A stretch of DNA of 64,000 nt from Chitinophagales bacterium (GTDB taxonomy: Bacteria > Bacteroidota > Bacteroidia > Chitinophagales > Saprospiraceae). Where the stretch lies: positions 10,444 to 74,443 of the forward strand of contig JBBSAQ010000015.1 in NCBI GenBank assembly GCA_038252065.1, read 5' to 3'. The notes under the pieces are model-generated. The model was not told where the DNA came from, did no database searches, and saw only the letters and a list, made by a program, of their open reading frames with translations. The position numbers were made by a program, and so were the translations under genes. This document shows, piece after piece, positions 28,991 through 37,781 of the stretch. Numbering within the stretch: position 1 is the stretch's first letter; the number at the start of each line of letters is the position of its first letter.

Positions 28991-29629
28991 ATGGCAAAAT
29001 CTACTTTAGAACAACTTGCAAGCGCACTTGGACGAAGAGACCAGGAACCCAACATTGCGCTTGCAGAGAAGATCAGCAACGCTTCAGATAGCAAGGCTGT
29101 TGCAGAATTGATTGAGTTGATGAATCACAAAAACCCCGCCATTCGTCACGATGCCATCAAAGTAATTTATGAAACAGGAGAGCGTAATCCTCAATTAATA
29201 ATTCCGTACAGCAACGATTTTTTAAAGTTGCTCGATCACAAGGACAATTGGATGAAATGGGGAGCTATGTCTTCGCTGACAGAAATCAGTAAAACAAAAC
29301 CTGATCTGATCGCGACCCATCTCACGTCTATACTCGATGCGATGGACTCCGGCAGTGTCATCACACGTGATCATGGAATCTATATTCTGTGCAATGTCGC
29401 GAGGCTGAAAAAATATCATGAAGATTGTATGGAGTTATTGCTTGAGCAGATTCAAAAATCACCGGTCAATCAGGTGCCGATGTATGCTGAGAAAACAGCG
29501 GAAGTGATGTCTTTGCGCTATGTCAAAAAACTAGAAAAAATTCTCCGGTCCCGTCAGGATGTCTTGGCGATTCCAGGCAAAGAAAAGCGCATTGAGAAGT
29601 TGTTGAAAGATCTGCAGAAAACAAAGTAG
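28991..29629 (+). CDS. Hypothetical protein, HEAT/ARM-like helical repeats
   Basis: Helical repeat pattern (AVAELIELMNHKNPAIRHDAIKVIYETGERNP...LLDHKDNWMKWGAMSSLTEI). No catalytic motif was recognised. Start at the ATG at 28991 (MAKSTLEQL), with an alternative at 28943. Confidence 0.5.
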   Translation: MAKSTLEQLASALGRRDQEPNIALAEKISNASDSKAVAELIELMNHKNPAIRHDAIKVIYETGERNPQLIIPYSNDFLKLLDHKDNWMKWGAMSSLTEISKTKPDLIATHLTSILDAMDSGSVITRDHGIYILCNVARLKKYHEDCMELLLEQIQKSPVNQVPMYAEKTAEVMSLRYVKKLEKILRSRQDVLAIPGKEKRIEKLLKDLQKTK

Positions 29630-29727
29630 TCTCAATCATTGCCTATTTTTTTAGTATTGTTAAAGCAGAAAATAACCTTTTGTTTCAATCTTTGTTGAAA
29701 TCTTTGAAATACGTAGAGATATGATAT

Positions 29728-30237
29728 ATGAAATACACTGAAGCACGCCAGCAACTTATACGTACCTGGGGACAATTAAGCACACATTGGGGTATAAGCC
29801 GCACTATGGGTCAGATTCATGCATTGCTCATGGTATCGCCCGATCCTTTGACATCAGATCAAATCATCGAGGAACTTAAAATTTCCCGGGGCAATGTCAG
29901 CATGAGCCTCCGAAGTCTGGTGGAATGGGGTATTGTCCACAAGACATTTATTCCGGGTGACCGCAAAGAATATTTTGCTTCTGAAAAAGATGTCTGGAAG
30001 ATGGCTCTGCAGATCGCACGTGAGCGAAAGCGTAGAGAGTTAGATCCGGTGATACAATCGATGCAGCACCTTCAGGCTATCAATCCTGAGACTGCTTCCG
30101 CCAGAGAGGTTGACGAACTCAACAAGATGACTACACAGATACTTGACGTAGCGATGCAGGTCGATAAAATGCTTGATATCGGCATTCGTTCAGGCGGTCA
30201 GACTTTTGTACGAAAACTAATCAGCGTTCTGAGGTAA
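29728..30237 (+). CDS. GbsR/MarR-family winged-helix transcriptional regulator
   Basis: 169 aa. WGISRTMGQIHALLMVSPDPLTSDQIIEELKISRGNVSMSLRSLVEWGIV is the typical GbsR/MarR-type HTH region. Confidence 0.7.
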   Translation: MKYTEARQQLIRTWGQLSTHWGISRTMGQIHALLMVSPDPLTSDQIIEELKISRGNVSMSLRSLVEWGIVHKTFIPGDRKEYFASEKDVWKMALQIARERKRRELDPVIQSMQHLQAINPETASAREVDELNKMTTQILDVAMQVDKMLDIGIRSGGQTFVRKLISVLR

Positions 30238-30257
30238 GTCCTTACATTGAGTATAAG

Positions 30258-31076
30258 ATGAAAAATGGCTTTTGGCTGATGATCTGTGCTATGATCATGG
30301 CATGTGCTGTCACAAAGCAGCCCGCAATTGAAAATTCAGGAATGAAATACCTCATTCTCAATTCTTCTATTCGTATTGTTGATTTTGATCCTTTAGGTCT
30401 TGTCTATATTCTTGATGAAAATAGCCAACTTTCTAAGTATGATACCACCGGACAACTTTTAAGCCATGTAGTCAATAATAATTTAGGAGAAGCCCATAGC
30501 CTTGATGTCGGAAATCCATTTAAGACGTTTGTTTTTTACAGGGATCAGCAAACCATTTTAATTTACGACCGTACACTCTCTGAGATACAAAGGATTCGAC
30601 TTTCAGAATGGGGATTGCATGATGTCACTGCAGCAGGTCTTTCACCCGACAACGCTATTTGGGTATTTGATGGGTCAAATCATGTTTTAGTCAAATTAGA
30701 TGATCATGGAAATGCACTCCTTACATCTGATCCATTTGATATCATCGGCGCCGGTTCGCACAGACCGGACTTCATAGTTGATATGGATCAATATCTTTTA
30801 TTGAAAGAATCAAACCATCCCATTTCCGTTTTTGATGATTTTGGAAAATTTCTTTACAATGCGGATATCAGCAAGGATACATTTTTTTCGGTGTCCACAA
30901 AATATGTGATGACAAGTTCTGGGAAATCAATTCAGATGTATGACATTTCGGAGCGAAAATATGCAACACCTGTTTTTTTAAAAGAGAATGTTGGGGAAAA
31001 CATAATTTATCTGTCAGGAGGGCAGTGGTATGTGGTGGATGGCAAAGGAATTTATAAAGTGAAAAGTGAGATGTGA
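30258..31076 (+). CDS. Hypothetical lipoprotein
   Basis: 272 aa. Signal with IMAC lipobox. Beta-rich sequence, possibly propeller-like. No motif recognised. Confidence 0.5.
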   Translation: MKNGFWLMICAMIMACAVTKQPAIENSGMKYLILNSSIRIVDFDPLGLVYILDENSQLSKYDTTGQLLSHVVNNNLGEAHSLDVGNPFKTFVFYRDQQTILIYDRTLSEIQRIRLSEWGLHDVTAAGLSPDNAIWVFDGSNHVLVKLDDHGNALLTSDPFDIIGAGSHRPDFIVDMDQYLLLKESNHPISVFDDFGKFLYNADISKDTFFSVSTKYVMTSSGKSIQMYDISERKYATPVFLKENVGENIIYLSGGQWYVVDGKGIYKVKSEM

Positions 31077-31093
31077 GATGTGAGATGTGTGCT
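31059..31093. repeat. GTGAAAA-(GTGAGAT)x3-GTGTGCT heptamer repeat overlapping a stop codon
   Basis: Read directly. The TGA at 31074-31076 inside the third unit terminates the 30258-31076 CDS (C-terminus ...YKVKSEM). A further isolated GTGAGAT lies at 31138-31144. Confidence 0.9.
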
Positions 31094-31202
31094 TCGACCA
31101 GCTCAACTCATCCTTGTGCTACAGCTCAGCAACCGATGTGAGATATTTTGGTAAATCAAGTTACGGAATGAACTAATTATAGTTTCAGTTTCGATTTGAT
31201 TA

Positions 31203-31306
31203 AAAATCGAAAATCGAAAATCGAAAATCGAAAATCGAAAATCGAAAATCGAAAATCGAAAATCGAAAATCGAAAATCGAAAATCGAAAATCGAAAATCG
31301 AAAATC
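31203..31306. repeat. (AAAATCG)x14 plus a partial unit: perfect heptanucleotide tandem array
   Basis: Fourteen identical units occupy 31203-31300, followed by AAAATC. The array ends 4 nt from the frr stop at 31311-31313. In frr orientation it reads TGA-TAGG-GATTTT(CGATTTT)14. Confidence 0.97.
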
Positions 31307-31310
31307 CCTA

Positions 31311-31874
31311 TCACACTGTCATGATGTCCTTCTCCTTCGATGCGATCAGGTGATCAACGGCTTCAGAATGATAGTGAAGCAATTTGTCTACCTCTGCTTC
31401 CTTTCGTTTTCCCATGTCTTCAGGGAAGCCATCCTTCATAGACTTTTTGATAAAATCAATTACTTTATGACGTGCGTGGCGTAAACCTACTTTGGCTTCT
31501 TCACCCATATTCTTTGCTTGTTTAGCCAGATCACGGCGTCTTTCTTCTGTCAGCGGCGGTATAGACAGGCGGATGATCTCACCATCATTCATAGGGGTGA
31601 TACCCATGTTAGCCGCAAAAATGGAATGTTCAATTTTGGATAGCATTGATTTTTCCCAGGGTTGAATGGTGATTGTTCGTGCATCGGCTATACCTATATT
31701 CGCGACCTGGGAGAGCGGTGTATTACTACCGTAATAATCTACCAATAGGCCATCAAGAAGTCCTGTTGAAGCCTTACCTGTACGGATTTTCGTCAGTTCT
31801 TTTTTCAAATGGTCTATAGCCAGTTCCATCTGGGCTGCCCCCTGGGCTTGTATGCTGTCTATGGTATCACTCAT
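31311..31874 (-). CDS. frr: Ribosome recycling factor
   Basis: 187 aa. Motifs KIRTGKASTGLLDGLLVDYYGSNTPLSQVANI, ITIQPWEK and PPLTEERRRDL. Confidence 0.93.
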   Translation of the reverse strand: MSDTIDSIQAQGAAQMELAIDHLKKELTKIRTGKASTGLLDGLLVDYYGSNTPLSQVANIGIADARTITIQPWEKSMLSKIEHSIFAANMGITPMNDGEIIRLSIPPLTEERRRDLAKQAKNMGEEAKVGLRHARHKVIDFIKKSMKDGFPEDMGKRKEAEVDKLLHYHSEAVDHLIASKEKDIMTV

Positions 31875-31925
31875 GATATACGTATTGATTGAGATTTGGA
31901 AATTTGTGATTGTAATCCGATTGGA

Positions 31926-32606
31926 TTATCGCCTGCCAAGATACGAAAGGATAAAATAAACAAGCATGGCTACCGAAGCAAGTGCTGCGACGAGGTACGT
32001 CAAAGCTGCCCATTTCAATGAGTCCTTTGCATCATCATATTCAGCTCCCCGGGTTATTCCTGTATCATCTAACCACACTAATGCTCTCCTGCTGGCATCA
32101 AATTCAACCGGTAAAGTGATGAGGCTAAACAATGTAGTCACCACCATGGCGAGAATGACGATCAACAGCAACTGAGGAAAACTTCCCATAAACATCATTG
32201 CTGCAAGAAATCCCCATTGCTGAACAACAGCGGAAATTTTCACTACAGGTACAATTGCATTTCGCAACGCCAGCATGCTGTACCCAGTATCATGCTGCAC
32301 CACATGACCACACTCGTGTGCTGCTACGGAGGCGGCGGCTATCGATCTTCCATTGTATACATCAGGACTGAGATTGACAGTTTTTGTTGATGGATTGTAA
32401 TGATCACTTAGAAATCCTTCGCCTTGCATAATTTTGACATCGTGTATGCCATAATGATCAAGCATAGCAGCTGCCACTTGCTGGCCTGTCATCCCGTTTT
32501 GCAATGGAATCAATCCATACTTTCGGAATTTGGATTTCATTTGATTCTGCACCAGGAATCCAATAAGAGCAATTGCTCCGACTAAAAGCAAATAAGAAAT
32601 GTTCAT
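31926..32606 (-). CDS. Putative neutral zinc metallopeptidase (Zn_peptidase_2 / YpfJ-like membrane protein)
   Basis: 226 aa. HExxH motif AAHECGHVVQH, an N-terminal TM segment and C-terminal TM segments. Confidence 0.75.
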   Translation of the reverse strand: MNISYLLLVGAIALIGFLVQNQMKSKFRKYGLIPLQNGMTGQQVAAAMLDHYGIHDVKIMQGEGFLSDHYNPSTKTVNLSPDVYNGRSIAAASVAAHECGHVVQHDTGYSMLALRNAIVPVVKISAVVQQWGFLAAMMFMGSFPQLLLIVILAMVVTTLFSLITLPVEFDASRRALVWLDDTGITRGAEYDDAKDSLKWAALTYLVAALASVAMLVYFILSYLGRR

Positions 32607-32717
32607 ATTTTTTTATTTCGTTTTCAACGCCGCTGTTTACTTCAGCGGTTTATATCAATCATGTAAATGCAAATCTGGCCTTCCGGGTTTCATGTTTTAA
32701 CATAAATGAATCTTAAT

Positions 32718-34016
32718 TTATTCTTTCACCCTGATCCATTCGAAACCGGTATAAGGGACTAAAACTTTAGGCAATTTTATACCCTCTTCTGTCTGATTGT
32801 TTTCCAATAAAGCCACTAAAATTCTTGGCAATGCAAGTGCGCTACCATTGAGTGTATGTACCAATTGGATTTTTCCCTTATCATCCCTGTATCTCATTTT
32901 CATACGGTTGGACTGAAAGGTCTCAAAATTGGAAACAGAACTTACTTCAAGCCACTTCTGCTGACCTGCCGCCCAGACTTCAAAGTCGTAGGTCAGGGCT
33001 GATGTAAAGCCCATATCGCCTCCGCATAATCTGAGGATTCGATAAGGTAATTCAAGGCTATCCATAAGGTGGGCTACATGATCTATCATGCCCTGAAGAG
33101 CTTCATAAGAGGTAGATGGATGTCCGATCTGCACAATTTCAACCTTATCAAACTGATGAACTCTGTTTATTCCCTTGACATCGGCCCCATAGGACCCTGC
33201 CTCCCTCCGGAAACATGGTGTGTAACCGGTGAGTTTGACAGGAAGGCTTGCCTCAGGGATGATTTGGTTACGGTACATATTGGTCACAGGGACCTCAGCA
33301 GTAGGAATCAGGTAAAGTTCATCACGCTCGACATAATACATCTGGCCTTCTTTATCAGGCAATTGCCCTGTGCCATATGCAGTTTCAGCATTGACCAGGA
33401 TTGGAGGCAGGATCTCTTCATAGCCCGCTTCCCTGGCCTGCTCAAGAAAATAATTGATCAATGCCCTTTGAAGGCGGGCACCAAAACCCCTGTATAGCGG
33501 AAAACCACTACCCGTGATGGATACACCCAACTTAAAATCAATCAGGCTATATTTTTCCGCCAGATCCCAATGTGGCATTGATCCCTGGGGAAGATCCGGA
33601 AGTTTTTCTGTGGATTGTTTGTATACCCTATTGTCCTCTGGCGTCTTGCCTTCAGGAACACTCACATGAGGGACGTTTGGGAGGGTGACGAGGATCGCGT
33701 CCAGGTCAGTTTTGATCATTTGCAGGCGCTTTTCCAAAGCATCAGCATTGTCTTTTATGCCCTGGACCTTGGCTTTGAGCTGGTTGGCTTCAGCGCCTTT
33801 GCCCTGTTTGAAGAGGTTGCCGATTTCGTCAGACAATGTATTTCGCTCATTTAACAGGCTATCCAGTTGAGTCTGAACCTCCTTGCGGTCATCATCGAGC
33901 TTAATCGCCTGATCAACAAGGGCTAACCTTTCCGGGCTGAGACCCCTTTTGCGGTAGCCTTCCAGGACTCTTTCCTTCTGATCGCGTAAAATTTGCATTT
34001 CTAACATAAGAGACAA
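32718..34016 (-). CDS. serS: Seryl-tRNA synthetase
   Basis: 432 aa. It has an N-terminal coiled-coil arm and class II motifs (LIPTAEVPVTNMY, TPCFRREAGSYG, HQFDKVE, LNGSALALPR). The real start may be the ATG 9 nt downstream (MLEMQIL...). Confidence 0.93.
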   Translation of the reverse strand: MSLMLEMQILRDQKERVLEGYRKRGLSPERLALVDQAIKLDDDRKEVQTQLDSLLNERNTLSDEIGNLFKQGKGAEANQLKAKVQGIKDNADALEKRLQMIKTDLDAILVTLPNVPHVSVPEGKTPEDNRVYKQSTEKLPDLPQGSMPHWDLAEKYSLIDFKLGVSITGSGFPLYRGFGARLQRALINYFLEQAREAGYEEILPPILVNAETAYGTGQLPDKEGQMYYVERDELYLIPTAEVPVTNMYRNQIIPEASLPVKLTGYTPCFRREAGSYGADVKGINRVHQFDKVEIVQIGHPSTSYEALQGMIDHVAHLMDSLELPYRILRLCGGDMGFTSALTYDFEVWAAGQQKWLEVSSVSNFETFQSNRMKMRYRDDKGKIQLVHTLNGSALALPRILVALLENNQTEEGIKLPKVLVPYTGFEWIRVKE

Positions 34017-34272
34017 CTTTTTAAGGTATTTAACCGTTTATGACCTGTAGTAACCGCTGAAAATTTCACCAAAGGTAATTCCGGATATTTAAAAAAGAGT
34101 TGTTACCTTGGCGGCGTTTTACACACCTACATTACCGGTCTGATTTATCCTTCAGATTTTCCCTTTCCAAATAATTGTTGAGTTTGTGGTTGAGAGAAGC
34201 GAAATGATACCGAGTTTGAATCATTCTTATTGAATCCAATTTTTTTATTTCTAATCATTATCTGATCATATC

Positions 34273-36240
34273 ATGTACGATATTTTGCAGTTGAACGACA
34301 TGCTCGTTCCTGAACTTCGGGAGCTTGCAGAAAGCCTTCGCGTGGACGGCTTTAAAAAATTAAACAAACAAGAGCTAGTCTATACTATCCTTGATCACCA
34401 GGCGCTCGCTGGTGAAAAAAAGAAGGCATCTAAAAATGGTGCAAATGAAGCTGATCTTCCGGATGAAGTGCCGGTGTCTTCAGATAATATGCGTGTCGAT
34501 AAAAGACAACCCGGTGCGATTAAGAAAAGATCTCGTAAAGCCGTAAATGACGCTGATGTCGACGCCGATACTGATGCAGAGGAAGTAGCAGAACAGCCAG
34601 AAGAAAAGCCTGTGGAAGAAAAAGTGATAAAAGCACCTAATCCGCCTGCAGACCGAAATCAACAAAATCGCCGCCCTGATCAACCTCGCCGACCAGAACA
34701 TCGGGACAGCAGAAGCGGACTACAAGGCCCAAGAGAACCAAGAACTCCACATGAACCTCGCGTACCTCGTGAACAGCGTGATCATAACAGAGCTCCATTG
34801 GAAACGCGTGAACAAAGAGAACCACGTCTTCAAAACGAACCTCGCGAACCTCGTATTCCGAATGAACCTCGCGAACCTCGAGTTCAAAACGAGCCACGCG
34901 AACCACGTGTTCAAAACGAACCACGCGAACCACGTGTTCAAAATGAACCACGTGTTCAAAATGAACCACGTGTTCAAAACGAACCACGCGAAAATCGCAC
35001 TCAGGATGAAACAAGACAACCTATCGAAAGAGGTAATCAAGCCCAGCCTGTAGATAATCGCAACCAGCCACAACAACGCGATCTGCATCGTGAAGCTCGT
35101 GAGCGTTTCAATGTAGAAGTGGATGGTATCATCGAAGGTGAGGGTGTACTTGAAATGATGTCTGATGGATACGGATTCTTACGTTCTTCAGATTACAATT
35201 ACCTGTCATCTCCGGATGATATCTATGTATCACCATCGCAGATAAAATTATTCGGATTAAATACAGGTGATACAGTCAAAGGTGCTATACGTCCTCCGAA
35301 AGAAGGTGAAAAATATTTTGCATTACTGCGTGTCAGTACCGTCAATGGCAAGACACCTGATGAAGTCAGAGATCGTGTTCCATTTGATTACCTGACGCCC
35401 CTTTTCCCGACTGAGAAATTCAATCTGTTGACACATCCCGGAGGAAAAGATTATGGTAACCGGATGATTGATTTGTTTACGCCGCTGGGTAAAGGCCAAC
35501 GTGGATTGATCGTCGCACAGCCAAAAACAGGAAAGACATTCCTGTTAAAAGATATTGCCAATGCGATAGCGGCCAATCACCCTGAAGTGTTTCTTATCGT
35601 TCTGTTGATCGATGAGCGACCTGAGGAAGTAACGGATATGCGACGCAGTGTAAGAGCAGAAGTGGTTTCTTCTACTTTTGATGAACCTGCTGAAAATCAT
35701 GTACGCGTCGCCAATATTATTCTGGAAAAAGCAAAGCGTCTTGTGGAATGCGGGCATGATGTCGTCATTCTTCTTGATTCTATTACTCGTCTTGCACGGG
35801 CCTATAATACAGTAGCTCCATCAAGTGGTAAGGTTCTCTCCGGTGGTGTTGAAGCGAATGCATTGCATAAGCCAAAACAATTCTTTGGAGCGGCCCGAAA
35901 CATAGAACATGGTGGTTCATTGACTGTCCTGGCTACAGCATTGATTGATACCGGATCCAAAATGGATGGTGTCATCTTTGAAGAATTCAAGGGAACAGGT
36001 AACATGGAGCTCCAGCTTGACCGTACATTGGCTAACAAGCGGATGTATCCTTCAATTGACCTGACGAAATCAAGCACACGTCGTGAAGAACTCCTACTTG
36101 ATGATGCGATCCTGCAAAGGATGTTCGTATTGCGTAATTATCTCGCGGACATGAAACCTGATGAAGCTATGGAATTCCTGCGCAAGCATATGATCAATAC
36201 GAAGACAAATGAGGAGTTCCTCATTTCGATGAATGGATAA
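34273..36240 (+). CDS. rho: Transcription termination factor Rho with a ~240-aa low-complexity N-terminal insertion
   Basis: 655 aa. The Rho_N helix bundle is [22 protein letters not shown]. An E/R/P/N/Q-rich insert follows. The OB/CSD RNA-binding region reads [14 protein letters not shown]. Walker A reads [15 protein letters not shown]. The C-terminal motifs are [18 protein letters not shown] and NMELQLDR. Confidence 0.95.
   Translation: MYDILQLNDMLVPELRELAESLRVDGFKKLNKQELVYTILDHQALAGEKKKASKNGANEADLPDEVPVSSDNMRVDKRQPGAIKKRSRKAVNDADVDADTDAEEVAEQPEEKPVEEKVIKAPNPPADRNQQNRRPDQPRRPEHRDSRSGLQGPREPRTPHEPRVPREQRDHNRAPLETREQREPRLQNEPREPRIPNEPREPRVQNEPREPRVQNEPREPRVQNEPRVQNEPRVQNEPRENRTQDETRQPIERGNQAQPVDNRNQPQQRDLHREARERFNVEVDGIIEGEGVLEMMSDGYGFLRSSDYNYLSSPDDIYVSPSQIKLFGLNTGDTVKGAIRPPKEGEKYFALLRVSTVNGKTPDEVRDRVPFDYLTPLFPTEKFNLLTHPGGKDYGNRMIDLFTPLGKGQRGLIVAQPKTGKTFLLKDIANAIAANHPEVFLIVLLIDERPEEVTDMRRSVRAEVVSSTFDEPAENHVRVANIILEKAKRLVECGHDVVILLDSITRLARAYNTVAPSSGKVLSGGVEANALHKPKQFFGAARNIEHGGSLTVLATALIDTGSKMDGVIFEEFKGTGNMELQLDRTLANKRMYPSIDLTKSSTRREELLLDDAILQRMFVLRNYLADMKPDEAMEFLRKHMINTKTNEEFLISMNG
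34834..34995 (+). repeat. In-frame 27-bp and 18-bp tandem repeats inside rho, encoding NEPREPRVQ and NEPRVQ units
   Basis: The protein reads [59 protein letters not shown]. The DNA units GAACCACGCGAACCACGTGTTCAAAAC repeat with few substitutions. Confidence 0.9.
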
Positions 36241-36249
36241 GGATCTTCG

Positions 36250-36333
36250 TTTGCCCCAACCCCATAAAGGGGGTTAATTCAATGTAGAGGCTTAAATATT
36301 AAGTCCCCTTTAGGGGATTTATGGGCAAAAAAA
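36250..36333. repeat. Inverted pair of REP-like elements immediately after the rho stop
   Basis: The left arm TTTGCCCCAACCCCATAAAGGGGGTTAA (36250-36277) is a degenerate reverse copy. The right arm TTAAGTCCCCTTTAGGGGATTTATGGGCAAAAAAA (36299-36333) is a forward copy. Together they can form a long hairpin and may act as a terminator. Confidence 0.7.
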
Positions 36334-36354
36334 GATTTTTCTCGAAAAATTTAA

Positions 36355-36362
36355 TACATTTG
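36355..36362 (+). promoter_or_regulatory. Candidate -7 promoter box (TAnnTTTG) for rpmH-rnpA
   Basis: TACATTTG lies 49 nt upstream of the rpmH ATG and matches the Bacteroides -7 consensus. Confidence 0.4.
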
Positions 36363-36410
36363 TGCCCGCTTTTAAACGAGCGACTACTATCATAAACAGG
36401 TATAATAGCG

Positions 36411-36566
36411 ATGAAAAGAACATTTCAACCATCCCGCAGGAAAAGAGTCAACAAACATGGGTTCCGTAGCCGTATGAGTACCGTCGGCGGACGTAAGGTG
36501 ATATCTGCTCGTCGTGCCAGAGGACGTCACAAGCTGACCGTCTCTGATCAAATGAGGATCAAATAG
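36411..36566 (+). CDS. rpmH: 50S ribosomal protein L34
   Basis: Below the 60-aa cut-off of the ORF track. Hand translation gives [51 protein letters not shown] (51 aa), the canonical L34 sequence. It lies directly upstream of rnpA, as in most bacteria. Confidence 0.95.
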   Translation: MKRTFQPSRRKRVNKHGFRSRMSTVGGRKVISARRARGRHKLTVSDQMRIK

Positions 36567-36666
36567 CCTCTGATCGGTATTGCTTCCGGCTAAAACCGGA
36601 CATTATTTGATTTTTCCAATATATAAATCGCTGGTTTCAAATTTTTTACATTTCTTTTGAGCAGAA

Positions 36667-37065
36667 ATGAAAAGGTTTACGTTGTCTAAACAGGAGAGGC
36701 TTTCTTCCAGAAAGGAGATTGAGATTCTCTTTTTAGAGGGTCAGAGCCTTACTAAATATCCTGTCAGGCTGGTATGGCGTGAAGCGATCTGTCCGACACC
36801 GGAAGAAGCTCCGCTCAGGATGATGTTTTCGGTCTCAAAGAAAAAATTTCCAAAAGCTGTCGATCGAAACCGTGCAAAGCGATTGATGAAGGAGGGCTAT
36901 AGGTTGCTGAAACCGGATATATTATCGACTATGCCGGGTCAAAAATGTTATCATCTCGGATTGATTTATACAGGGAGTGAATTGATGGACTTTGTCTCTA
37001 TACAAAAGAGCATCTCTATTGCGTTAGATCGATGGATGCAAAAATCACAACAGGAAACAAGATGA
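36667..37065 (+). CDS. rnpA: Ribonuclease P protein component
   Basis: 132 aa and basic. LSKQERLSSRKEIEILF..., ...FSVSKKKFPKAVDRNRAKRLMKEGYR fits the RnpA RNR-motif region. Synteny with rpmH supports the call. Confidence 0.85.
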   Translation: MKRFTLSKQERLSSRKEIEILFLEGQSLTKYPVRLVWREAICPTPEEAPLRMMFSVSKKKFPKAVDRNRAKRLMKEGYRLLKPDILSTMPGQKCYHLGLIYTGSELMDFVSIQKSISIALDRWMQKSQQETR

Positions 37066-37571
37066 AAAGTGCCGGTCTGATTACTCTCTTTCTCATCTCT
37101 TTTCTAACGTTCGCATCCGCGCAAAAATTTTTGGTGATCGAAAGAGTCGGTACGCCTCGTACCAAACGCTACAGCATCTATGACGAAATTACTTTTCAAC
37201 TCAAGGATGACAATAAAGGTTGGTATACACGTCAGATCCTTGACCTGAATGCGGATGCTCAGTTATTATTACTGGGAGATACCTGGATTCCTATTGCTGA
37301 TATCACCAGAATCCGTATGTCAAATCAGCGTTTGTTAGTCACCATTATCGGAGGAGCCTTGCAGGGTGGCGGCGTTTCGATGATATTGGGAGATCTCTGG
37401 TACACCATAAGGGGTAATCCGGAGTATACCCAGGGCGGAATGGAATTTGGTTTGCTCAATATCGCTGTGGGCACAGGTATAAGATTGTTGTTCGGACCGA
37501 TTAAGTATAAGCTTGGAAAGAAAACAAGATTGCGGGTGATTGATGTGACGTATGGAACAATTAAGACTTGA
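37062..37571 (+). CDS. Hypothetical membrane/secreted protein
   Basis: The start ATG at 37062 overlaps the rnpA stop (ATGA). Signal peptide MKSAGLITLFLISFLTFASAQ. A Gly-rich hydrophobic C-terminal half follows. No motif recognised. Confidence 0.5.
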   Translation: MKSAGLITLFLISFLTFASAQKFLVIERVGTPRTKRYSIYDEITFQLKDDNKGWYTRQILDLNADAQLLLLGDTWIPIADITRIRMSNQRLLVTIIGGALQGGGVSMILGDLWYTIRGNPEYTQGGMEFGLLNIAVGTGIRLLFGPIKYKLGKKTRLRVIDVTYGTIKT

Positions 37572-37781
37572 GAAGTAAGTAGTAGAGATGTGAAAATTAT
37601 CTGTGTCACTGTGGTGATAAAGGAGTGATAAGTGAAGCTATTTACAAACTGTAATTAACTGCAGACGATTTAATAATTAGAAATTTAAAGGGTATTCGCT
37701 TTTGATATTTACAAAACAATCTTCCGTCAACATGGACGATTAAGAAGGAAAAATTCAATTAGCAGAAAAAGTGGCAACAAA

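Noticed and set aside
31195-31310. Possibility that the regular short-repeat arrays are CRISPR arrays (here and at 57199-57473)
   Set aside because: The units are 7-8 bp and directly abut each other with no unique spacers. No cas genes are in the window. They are microsatellite-type tandem repeats.
34637-35088. Three overlapping ORFs of 100-125 aa inside rho: 34637-35014 (minus), 34720-35088 (minus) and 34751-35053 (plus)
   Set aside because: They lie entirely within the tandem-repeat region of rho. Their translations are just periodic repeats of the alternative frames (VVRFEHVV..., [10 protein letters not shown]..., KTNHANHVF...). They are stop-free artefacts of the repeat, not genes.
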